From assembly GCA_040220235.1 (NCBI GenBank), contig JAVJTO010000102.1: a stretch of 64,000 bases of DNA; one strand, given 5' to 3'. The notes below the pieces were generated by a model. It saw only the letters and a program-made list of their open reading frames with translations, did not search any database and was not told where the DNA came from. Position numbers and translations under genes: made by a program. Within the stretch, counting starts at the first letter, position 1, and every line of letters starts with the position of its first letter. This DNA is from Coleofasciculus sp. B1-GNL1-01. GTDB taxonomy: Bacteria; Cyanobacteriota; Cyanobacteriia; Cyanobacteriales; Coleofasciculaceae. Below, one piece after another: positions 23,654 through 32,167 of this stretch.

Positions 23654-24979
23654 ATGCAGGATTCTCATAATTACTATCAAATTCTGGAGATTTCTCCTGG
23701 CGCAACCCAACAGGAGATTAAACAGGCTTATCGTCGCCTCGTGCGTCAATACCATCCAGATTTGCATCCTGATAATCCAGACGCCACAGAGCGATTTAGA
23801 GCAATTTGTGAGGCGTATCAGGTGCTGTCAGATGAAGTAAAGCGGCGTCAGTATAACCAAGAGGTTCAACCTCAGCCTAATCCGCCTAAAACGGAGTCAA
23901 TGACGGCTCAAGATTTCTATGTACGGGCGGTTAGTAAAGCATTGGCTAAAAATTATCAGGGGGCGGTTAAGGATTGTAATCAAGCGATTTCCCTAAATCC
24001 TAACTTTGTAGACGCCTACGTGGAACGGGGCGCAGCGTATTATAAACTAGGAAATGCGAGGAAAACACTACAAGATTGTAATCAGGCATTAAGGATTAAT
24101 TCTCAGTTTGCCCCAGCTTATTATTACCAAGGGAGAGCGCGTTATCGACTAGGATATAGTCAGGCGGCGATTGATGCCTATACTCAAGCGATCGCCTATC
24201 ATCCTACTCACGCTCAGGCTTACTATCAGCGCGGTTTAGCCCATAAAGATTTGCAAGAATTTGAAAGCGCGATCGCGGATTTTCACCAAGCGGCACAATT
24301 ATTACGTGAACAAGGAGATAAAACAGGATATCGGTTAGTTCAGGAAACGTTGCGAACTCTGCAACAAACACCCGGAAAAGGGGGAGTTTCCCGGAAACGA
24401 AATCCTATCCGTTATCTCAAAGGGTTATTGGGGGACACGCTATTTACAATCAAGTCCTTTTTACTCAATCCCATGGGGGGACTCTTACCCAGTTTTGCCC
24501 GTCTCGATGCTCAACGAGCTAGGGGGGTAGGATTCCTATTGGCGGCGATTTTTGATGCTTGTTTTGTCTGGGGTGTTTATGCAGGGTGGCGGGATATGGT
24601 TTCTATTTCCCTGGTTCCATTAATCGGCGTGGGTATGATGCCATTTATCATTCTAGCCGCGATGAGTGCGATCGCCCGATTAATTCGGCGTCATCCTAGT
24701 AGTTTGGCGGGGGATAGTTTTCTGGCTGGGGCGACACTGATGCCATTAACTATTTTAGCGATCGCTAATGGGATTTCGTCCAATTTGCCGAGTCAACTCA
24801 TGGTGATGATCACCGTATTCACTAGCTGCTACACGATTCTGACGCTGTATAGTGGTTGCACACAGATCGCCAATTTCTCGGAAAAGACAGCCGCGTTATT
24901 GGTTCCGGTGATGGTTTTAGTCAGTGGCTGGATTTCCTATTGGGCGTTTATGGCGATGCTGGGAACGGCGTCTTTTTGA
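23654..24979 (+). CDS. DnaJ-domain + TPR + C-terminal multi-pass membrane protein
   Basis: J domain NYYQILE...YHPD; about four TPRs; about five hydrophobic C-terminal helices. Confidence 0.87.
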   Translation: MQDSHNYYQILEISPGATQQEIKQAYRRLVRQYHPDLHPDNPDATERFRAICEAYQVLSDEVKRRQYNQEVQPQPNPPKTESMTAQDFYVRAVSKALAKNYQGAVKDCNQAISLNPNFVDAYVERGAAYYKLGNARKTLQDCNQALRINSQFAPAYYYQGRARYRLGYSQAAIDAYTQAIAYHPTHAQAYYQRGLAHKDLQEFESAIADFHQAAQLLREQGDKTGYRLVQETLRTLQQTPGKGGVSRKRNPIRYLKGLLGDTLFTIKSFLLNPMGGLLPSFARLDAQRARGVGFLLAAIFDACFVWGVYAGWRDMVSISLVPLIGVGMMPFIILAAMSAIARLIRRHPSSLAGDSFLAGATLMPLTILAIANGISSNLPSQLMVMITVFTSCYTILTLYSGCTQIANFSEKTAALLVPVMVLVSGWISYWAFMAMLGTASF

Positions 24980-25257
24980 GGATGCAATCGAGACACTGTA
25001 CCAAGCCGATAGTTCATTAAGTTTGTGTAAACTTACCAACTCCCTAAATAAAATAGGAAATCCTGGAAACAATTCTAGATATTATCGCCAAACTAACTCA
25101 ATCCGGACATTTGGGGCATAATTTCAAGTAATACTTTCCTTATAGTTTAGTTGAGGTTATATGAAAAGCTAATGAAGTTAAGTTAATCCGCTTGCTTTGC
25201 CAACCGTAATCACTCTACGCTAGATAACAGTATAGTTATCAGTATGCTTAAAAAGCT

Positions 25258-25977
25258 ATGAAAAAAACCTTATTGGCAAGTTTAAGTGTAGTCTTAGGTT
25301 TAATCTTTGTTTCTGAGAATGCACAAGCCCTTACCTTGTATGCGGAAGACTTCTCTGGTGAAAACGGTAAAGGAGCAACAGGCGGAGCGGCTACAGACGT
25401 AGTTGGCGTAGATTGGTCGATTGAGTTGCATGATGCGGCTCTCTTTGACTCCAACGATTACTTCAGAGTCGAGGCTGAAGCCTTCACCGCTCGTGATACA
25501 AACGCGGGTTGTCCGAATGTAAGATGTTCTGGGGGTAATCTTAATCCCTTATTTCCAGCGTGGCTGAGTCCAAAAATCGATATTTCTGGATTTAGTAATC
25601 TGGCGTTATCGTTGGATGCTTTCGCCAGTGATGTCAGTTTTGAACACGAGGAAAATAGCCCGATTGGTCACAAAGATTACTTTATTGTCTCCTATTTACT
25701 AGATGATGTTGAATTTTTAGCGGCTGACTTAATTACCCAGACTGGGTTTTTCACGAATCAAACGGTGAATCAAGCGATCGGTGATGGTAGTACATTACAA
25801 GTGAAAGTGCAGCTAAACACGACGGCATCCACAGAGTTGTTGTCATTTGATAACATTTTGGTCACAGGAGATCAAATCAATCCCCCTCAGTCTGTCCCTG
25901 AACCTGCGTCTATTATGGGTTTAATCGCACTTGCGGGTTTCGGTATAGCTTCCCGTAAACGCCAATCTGCTAAGTAG
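25258..25977 (+). CDS. PEP-CTERM sorting-domain surface protein
   Basis: Signal peptide ending AQA; C-terminal VPEP + hydrophobic helix + RKR. Confidence 0.88.
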   Translation: MKKTLLASLSVVLGLIFVSENAQALTLYAEDFSGENGKGATGGAATDVVGVDWSIELHDAALFDSNDYFRVEAEAFTARDTNAGCPNVRCSGGNLNPLFPAWLSPKIDISGFSNLALSLDAFASDVSFEHEENSPIGHKDYFIVSYLLDDVEFLAADLITQTGFFTNQTVNQAIGDGSTLQVKVQLNTTASTELLSFDNILVTGDQINPPQSVPEPASIMGLIALAGFGIASRKRQSAK

Positions 25978-26156
25978 GGGCTGCTGAATAAGTCTTGTAG
26001 TGGGGTTAGAGAGCAGGGGAAGCAGGGGAAGCAGAGGGAGCTGGGGGAGCAATGGTACATTTTCGGTGATTCTATCGCCATAAATCCGGGTTAGTTACCC
26101 CTGTTATAAACCAGTCCGCGCAGGCGGACTTTGTTTGTGTAGCAGCGATTTCAATC

Positions 26157-26425
26157 TCAGTCTGGCTGACATCATGTAGATCTAGGGCTATTTTTGTAAA
26201 GAACAACTGGGCATGAAATCGCAGTGACCAATAAACGATGCGGTAACTCAATTTACCGTGAAAGGTATTAATCGGATCGGTAAAGCAAATATCTTCAGTA
26301 TAAATATCATAAGAAATATCGCGTTCAAATAGCGGTGGCAAGTCTCGCTTAATTCTCTCAATATTCTGCTGAATTTGCGCTTGATAGTCAGTTTCTCTAG
26401 CGGTCTGACGCTCTGATATTGGCAT
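26157..26425 (-). pseudogene. Truncated DUF2358 (SnoaL/NTF2-like) gene
   Basis: DLPPLFERDISYDIYTEDICFTDPINTFHGK...YRIVYWSLRF is DUF2358-like; the frame runs into an intergenic repeat (CAGTCCGCGCAGGCGGACTTTG...) after HDVSQTE. Confidence 0.6.
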
Positions 26426-27028
26426 AACAATTCCTTGGTGCGTCAACAGTAGCAATTATTGTCTATAGAAGAAATAGTAGCGCTATCCAATTTGTTGAAA
26501 CACCCTCCTAAGACTGAGATTGGATAAAAGTTTGGGGGGAGCATGTCAGTTTTGCCCGCAGGATTATTGTAGGTTGGGTTTCGACTTCTGATAGTAAGCC
26601 TTTAGGCTATGTACTCACACGCATCGAACCATTTCACCCTCATCCCCTAACCCCTTCTCCCATCGAGGGAGAAGGGGAACTATAACTGCCTTCCCACAGC
26701 CGATGGTGAGAATTGAGATGTAACAGATGAAAACATGCGATCGCGTTATCGTAAAACCCAATCTGTAGGGGCGGGTTTAGGGACTAACCTATTAAAACAT
26801 AACCGATAACTTTCGTACAAAACCCGCCCTTCCAAAGTTTGCGATCGCGTCTTTCCCGTCTGTTGTTATAATCTTTTTGTTCACCGTTTCTTTGGCATTA
26901 GATTTTCTTTGACAAAATGACTTGAATAGGCTGAAGCCCTTACTACAAAACTCGCCCGACCAAAGTTTGCGATCGCGTCTTCCCTGTCTGTTGTCTTAAT
27001 ATATAGGATGGGTCAGCATTTGAGCGGC

Positions 27029-30000
27029 TCATGAATTTGGCGCATCTGGTGATGGATTGGGTGGGTAAAGTGATAGCAGTTGCTTTAAGGCTTCTGGAAT
27101 GTTAATTGCTGTTTCTAATCCTTGCACGTTTTGCCATTGAGTATATTCATCCCAGGTAATACCGTCTAGATTAGCCTTGCTGAAGTTAGCCTTGCTGAAG
27201 TTAGCCTCGCTGAGGTTGGCGTCGCTGAGGTCGGCTAAGCTAAGGTTGGCACTGCTGAGGTCAGCGTTGCTGAGGTCGGCATTGGTCAGGTTTGCATAGC
27301 TAAGGTCGGCATTGCTGAGATCTGTGTAGCTAAGATCTCCATAGTGGAGATTGGCACAACTGAGGTTGGCTGTATTGAGGTTGGCTGTATTGAGGTTAAC
27401 CAAGCTGAAATTAGCGTTACTGAGATTAGCACTACCGAGGTCAGCTTCGCCGAGTTGAGCGTTGATGAGTTGAGCGTTGATGAGATTGGCGTTAGTGAGG
27501 TTTGCATCAAGCAGGCATGAGTCGTAAAGGTCTGCGTTAGTGAGATTACCCTCGATGAGGTCTGCATGGCAGAGATTAGCTTCACTGAGATTAGCCCCAA
27601 TGATGTTTGTGCCGCTGAGGTTAGCGAACTCAAGGTTGGCATCACTGAGGTCTGCGCCACTGAGGTCTGCGCCACTGAGGTCTGCCCTAACAAAGTTGAC
27701 ACCTCTAAGATTGACCTGCTTAAGATTGACGTTACTAAAAAATAAGTTAACCGTATTTTCAAAAGTGTTAAGCTTAACGCTATTGCTATAACTAATAATG
27801 CGAAGCAATCGAGTTGGCTCAAAACTATCACTATCTGTATTACCACAAGGATTAAAGTTAATCTTATCCTTTAGTTCATCTTTTCTCTGAGCGTAACGAT
27901 TCAATACTAACAGCAGAATCATTACATTTAGCCCAGCATAGATATCCACCTCTCGCAATCCCATCAAACTACCATGCTTTCGCAATTGCAGCATCTTTTT
28001 CTGAGGTAGATTACTCGTAGGTTCTGCATTAATAAAGTCCCCATTACACCAATCCAAGTAGAATTCTTCCAAACGCTGGAATAATTGCACAAATTCTTCG
28101 TTACTGACATCAAGCAACGCCATCACATACTCGACAATTTCCCAAGTCAGCCCCCCATAACCTAGTAAATCGTAAACTTCCTCGGCTAACTGATCCTGGC
28201 TAACCAGAAAACCGCTACGTCTGCGGCGCGGTTCAACCCACTCTTTCAAACTTTCAACTAACCGCTGAGCGCATAAAAACTCAGCAAAACTTTTATGAAC
28301 AAACTCCACCGCTCCTTCCGTGGCGTCAGCAGCAGAAGCGGGTCGTAAATAAAACGCTGCTAGCGCATTTCTCAACGGATTATCGCCAATGCGTTCTCGT
28401 GCTTTTTCTAACAATTTACTGGCTTGATCATCTCCCTTGAGACGTTCCTCAATCATGCGAATTGAAGTCCACTCTCCACCCGATTGAGTGACACATAACC
28501 CCGCTTCAGTGAGAATGCGCCGCAAGTCATCTGTCTCTTGTTCAGTAAGTTCCAAATTCAGGTCTTGAGAACGCTGCTGAGTCAGTACCCAATCTAAAGC
28601 TTTTTGATAAATCAACACTTTGGCACCAGCGCGGCTGGTTCCCTCAAACATTTCTAAGGATAGTTCCCCATCCCGATGCATCGCAGCTAAAAGGTAAAGT
28701 AATAGCGGTTCTCGCGCCAATTCTTTCACCCGTTCCGGGCAGTTTCCAGCCTGTAAAAAATCCCAAAATACGTTAGCTTTATCCTCACCCACTAAATTTG
28801 ACCACTTATCCAACCATTGCTGCTGGATTTGGTCATTCATGAGGGCAATTTCTACCCGTTCTAAATTGCGAGGTAGAAATTGTTCAATTCCATGTAAAGC
28901 TAATTCTCGACCCGTGACTAAAAACCGATGTCCCAGTTCTGAATTTTGCTGACAACTGGTTTGAAAATTCCCCACCTGTTTGAGAAACTTTTCAATCCCG
29001 CCTGTAGTTCTTCCCTCCATTCGCAATTCATCAAACCCATCCAGGACGAATAAAAATCGGGTATTGCGGTCAGTTAACCAGCCGTCATCGCTCTTAACAA
29101 AATCTGCCTTAACCGCAGCGCGGAGGGTATTTTCGATATTGTTTTCAAAGGCATCAATATCCCGGAGTCGAATCAGAATCGGTGTCCAGATGGGATGAAG
29201 ATGTTCTCGCACCCAATTGGCAAACATCCGACAAAAGACACTTTTTCCTCGTCCAGGTCCCGCTTGAATGAATAGGACTTTACCATTTTTATCCGGGTTC
29301 GTAAGCTGGTTTTTCGCCCACTGTTCTAAATTAACCGGGTCTGCTTTTTTATCAACTTTGCCATTTTTATCCACTAAATGGGCTTCCAGTGGCACATAGA
29401 TATCGGGAAGCGTGAAATTTTCACCCAATACTTTCCACTGGGTTTGTAATAGAGGATTACTGGTATGAGGAGATATCTGTTCCGTTAAATAGGATTCAAT
29501 ACTGCCATATTTCTGGCTGGCTTGGATTTCCCGCGCGGCGGTACGGGTTAATTGTAGGGGTTGGGTAATCGTCTCTGACTCGTAGGAAAGTAGCTGATCA
29601 ATTATCGGATAGATTCCCCAGGCTACCCATCCGGTTACAATAGGAATATTGTACTGATTTAATCCCGCTTGGTTTAAGTATTCTGATAATTGTTGATTTA
29701 AAGCCTGTCCTAACCGGGATTCAGGAAAATAGGTTAAAGCGTCTTCAATTAATTTCTGGTCAAGTTGAAGTTCTCCAAGCTGATCCAATTGTGATTTAGC
29801 CGCTTGATTCGATATCCCAGAACCGATTTTGTGCTGTAGCCAATCATTCTCACGCACCAATTTATCGAAACGTTCCAGATACGCTAAAGGAAACGCGATC
29901 GCAGCCCACTCTTCTAAGCGTGTCTTTCCCTTAACCTTACCACGATACAGGTTCACCCCTTTGCGAGTAAGCCCCACAAACGACAACCCCGCCGGGATCA

Positions 30001-30166
30001 CCGCCACAGGTGCGGCTGGCGTTCCCAATAAACCTAACGCGATCGCTAATTCTAACCCCGCCTTGGAAACCTCTGCGCCAGTCTCGGCAATTTCTCCCGG
30101 TTTCCCTAAATCCCGGATATCAGTATTGAGAAGCTGCCAAACCTGCTTAAATTTGTTCACCGTCAC
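27029..30166 (-). CDS. NACHT NTPase with C-terminal pentapeptide repeats
   Basis: Walker A AGPGRGKS, FVLDGFDEL, PLLLYLLA, EFVHKSFAEFL; long A(D/N)LxX pentapeptide run. Confidence 0.9.
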   Translation of the reverse strand: MTVNKFKQVWQLLNTDIRDLGKPGEIAETGAEVSKAGLELAIALGLLGTPAAPVAVIPAGLSFVGLTRKGVNLYRGKVKGKTRLEEWAAIAFPLAYLERFDKLVRENDWLQHKIGSGISNQAAKSQLDQLGELQLDQKLIEDALTYFPESRLGQALNQQLSEYLNQAGLNQYNIPIVTGWVAWGIYPIIDQLLSYESETITQPLQLTRTAAREIQASQKYGSIESYLTEQISPHTSNPLLQTQWKVLGENFTLPDIYVPLEAHLVDKNGKVDKKADPVNLEQWAKNQLTNPDKNGKVLFIQAGPGRGKSVFCRMFANWVREHLHPIWTPILIRLRDIDAFENNIENTLRAAVKADFVKSDDGWLTDRNTRFLFVLDGFDELRMEGRTTGGIEKFLKQVGNFQTSCQQNSELGHRFLVTGRELALHGIEQFLPRNLERVEIALMNDQIQQQWLDKWSNLVGEDKANVFWDFLQAGNCPERVKELAREPLLLYLLAAMHRDGELSLEMFEGTSRAGAKVLIYQKALDWVLTQQRSQDLNLELTEQETDDLRRILTEAGLCVTQSGGEWTSIRMIEERLKGDDQASKLLEKARERIGDNPLRNALAAFYLRPASAADATEGAVEFVHKSFAEFLCAQRLVESLKEWVEPRRRRSGFLVSQDQLAEEVYDLLGYGGLTWEIVEYVMALLDVSNEEFVQLFQRLEEFYLDWCNGDFINAEPTSNLPQKKMLQLRKHGSLMGLREVDIYAGLNVMILLLVLNRYAQRKDELKDKINFNPCGNTDSDSFEPTRLLRIISYSNSVKLNTFENTVNLFFSNVNLKQVNLRGVNFVRADLSGADLSGADLSDANLEFANLSGTNIIGANLSEANLCHADLIEGNLTNADLYDSCLLDANLTNANLINAQLINAQLGEADLGSANLSNANFSLVNLNTANLNTANLSCANLHYGDLSYTDLSNADLSYANLTNADLSNADLSSANLSLADLSDANLSEANFSKANFSKANLDGITWDEYTQWQNVQGLETAINIPEALKQLLSLYPPNPSPDAPNS

Positions 30167-30193
30167 TCAGGCATTAGACTCTCCCTTACACGA

Positions 30194-30299
30194 TACAGCA
30201 GTTTGCTCTGCTATGCGGTACATTGTCGATCCCCCTCGCATCCCCCTTAAAAAGGGGGACTTTGATCTACTGTACTTTATTACAGCGCAAAGAGCTGTA
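30194..30299. mobile_element. Putative ~106-bp MITE with TA ends
   Basis: Imperfect 29-bp terminal inverted repeats TACAGCAGTTTGCTCTGCTATGCGGTACA / TGTACTTTATTACAGCGCAAAGAGCTGTA enclosing a CCCCC-TTAAAAA-GGGGG hairpin. Confidence 0.6.
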
Positions 30300-30372
30300 A
30301 CCTGAATTCACCCACGTTCGTAGTTAGGCTTGTAGCCAACTTGAACGCCAGGAAATAAATTTCTTATCGTTA

Positions 30373-30520
30373 AGCTGTAATGCATTTAAATTGGGTATTA
30401 GTAGCGAGCAAGATGCTCAATGTAGCGAGCAAGATGCAAAGCCTGCGGCATGGCTTCGCTAAACGCACTACGGCAAGGATCTCGCAATTATTGACATTAT
30501 GGTTTAAATGCCGAACAGCT
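30373..30520. mobile_element. MITE (AGCTGT...ACAGCT ends, TA flanks), copy 1
   Basis: 18-bp imperfect TIR AGCTGTnnnGCATTTAAA, TA on both sides; close inverted copy at 53895-54018. Confidence 0.85.
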
Positions 30521-30620
30521 TAAGCTCAAGTAAGCTAAAGCTTACTAGGTAAATCTTACAACCCGTTTTAACGGGTTTAAGCTTTTAGCCGGAACTTTAG
30601 TTCCAGGCTTAATGGGCTAT

Positions 30621-31202
30621 CTATTCCTGGATTTCGCTAGTATAATGCAGCTTAATAAAACTATCAAAGGAATACCAAGCTAAAACATACCAAGGAATCG
30701 CTTCTATCATCAATCCCTTAACAATTAATTGTCTTATCGCTAAAACACTAAAACCCAAAGGAATCAAAAATCTTATATCAACGATCCCATCGGTTGCCCG
30801 TCTCACGCGACGGTTAAAATCAGTGACAGCATAAGTTACACTAGCCGCCGCATCAGATTGACCGTTAGCCGAACGTCTCGGTTGTTGTTCAGGAAGCTGG
30901 CTCAACGTCACCCCTAAATCCTGCAAAATCGCCCAAACTCCCTCGAAATTAATGTAATCTTGGGCGTAAAAAATAGTAATACTACCACTGTGGATATTAC
31001 CTCGTACCCGATAAATCTCTAGACGTTCATTTAACAAGTTGATCAGCGGTTCAATATCCTCAGATTGGCGATACTCCGGAGCCACCCGCAATCGCACTCG
31101 CCCTGGTGTTTGACTGATCAGTTCAGCATAAATAGGTGAAACACCTATTTCGGGCGTCGTTTCCTTTAGTTTTGGCATTTTAGAATTATTAGTTATGATC
31201 AT
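30621..31202 (-). CDS. HMA2-domain membrane protein (FezC-like architecture)
   Basis: Arg-rich LISQTPGRVRLRV, GSITIFY, no CxxC; C-terminal hydrophobic LIPLGFSVLAIRQL...IPWYVLAWYSF. Confidence 0.72.
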   Translation of the reverse strand: MIITNNSKMPKLKETTPEIGVSPIYAELISQTPGRVRLRVAPEYRQSEDIEPLINLLNERLEIYRVRGNIHSGSITIFYAQDYINFEGVWAILQDLGVTLSQLPEQQPRRSANGQSDAAASVTYAVTDFNRRVRRATDGIVDIRFLIPLGFSVLAIRQLIVKGLMIEAIPWYVLAWYSFDSFIKLHYTSEIQE

Positions 31203-31238
31203 AATTAATTCTCAATTATGAATTGTGCCTCATGAATT

Positions 31239-31266
31239 GTAGAGACGTGCCATGGCACGTCTCTAC
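31239..31266. repeat. Perfect 28-bp REP-like palindrome GTAGAGACGTGCCATGGCACGTCTCTAC
   Basis: Self-complementary; variants at ~8996, ~23622, ~37491 and ~61299. Confidence 0.92.
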
Positions 31267-31280
31267 ACAGTTAATGAAAA

Positions 31281-31568
31281 TTAACCTTCACTATTCGGCG
31301 CGGGTTCCAATTCGGCTTGGCTTTTTTGTTCAGCCAATTCTGCCTTCGCTTCTGCCACGATGTCTTCAAAAACTTCACCAGATTCTGAGAGCATTCCTTT
31401 ACCTTTTTCGTAAAAGACAATTCCACCTTTGACCATCGCCTTGGCAACAGGTTTCCCCACCTTGACAGCAGCCGGAATCAGCAACGGCGCAGCAACAACG
31501 GCACCAATACCCGCCACAACACCGGGAACCCCCAGATCTTCAAACAGATCAGTTATTTTAAACGCCAT
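31281..31568 (-). CDS. DUF5132-like small GxxxG membrane protein (paralog 2)
   Basis: GVPGVVAGIGAVVAAP, KPVAKAMVKGGIVFYEK, acidic helix EVFEDIVAEAKAEL; upstream AGGAGG RBS. Confidence 0.8.
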   Translation of the reverse strand: MAFKITDLFEDLGVPGVVAGIGAVVAAPLLIPAAVKVGKPVAKAMVKGGIVFYEKGKGMLSESGEVFEDIVAEAKAELAEQKSQAELEPAPNSEG

Positions 31569-31655
31569 AATGTACCTCCTTCATTCAAAAAACTTTTCCG
31601 GAACTGTTATTCTAGCAACCTACCTAGGAAAATGCATGATCCTAGGGATACAGGG

Positions 31656-31952
31656 TTAGTTCGTTTCCGGATGATTAGACACTTTGACAATGCTATTCTC
31701 GTCTAATTCAGTCGCCAGTTCTGCCTTACTCTGGGCGACTAAATCGCCAAAGGCTTCGCCAGCTTCTGCCATGACAATTTTGCTCTTTTCATAGAACACA
31801 ATGCCACCTTTAATCGCAGCTTTGGCAACAGGTTTGCCTGCTTTCGCCAGCGCCGGACCAAAAATCGGTGCCAGAACAACCGCACCAACACCGATAAGAA
31901 CACCGGGAATACCAATGTCTTCGACTAAATCTTCGAGATCAAATAAACTCAT
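31656..31952 (-). CDS. DUF5132-like small GxxxG membrane protein (paralog 1)
   Basis: GIPGVLIGVGAVVLAP, KPVAKAAIKGGIVFYEK, EAFGDLVAQSKAEL; upstream GGAGG RBS. Confidence 0.8.
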   Translation of the reverse strand: MSLFDLEDLVEDIGIPGVLIGVGAVVLAPIFGPALAKAGKPVAKAAIKGGIVFYEKSKIVMAEAGEAFGDLVAQSKAELATELDENSIVKVSNHPETN

Positions 31953-32010
31953 AAAACACCTCCAAACGTAGATTGAAAACTTTTAGGTTGAGATAACAGG
32001 GAAACCTGGT

Positions 32011-32150
32011 TGTAGGGGCGGGTTTTACCGATAACGTTCTGTCGTGTCTCTAACTTAACTAAACCCGCCCTTCTACGGAATCAGGGGAGATGGGGCGGGT
32101 TTAGTCACATCCGGGTGACAACATCAGATAATAATGAAACCCGCCCCTAC
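32011..32150. repeat. Two REP-like inverted-repeat elements (GGGGCGGGTTT...AAACCCGCCC)
   Basis: Arms at ~32012/32061-32070 and ~32092/32138-32150. Confidence 0.85.
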
Positions 32151-32167
32151 AGTCGGAAAAACTCCAA

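Noticed and set aside
27286..27846. Alternative-frame and antisense ORFs within repeat-rich genes (also 14025-16653, 46702-47334, 50894-51927)
   Set aside because: Shadow ORFs caused by repetitive or biased codon usage of the real genes.
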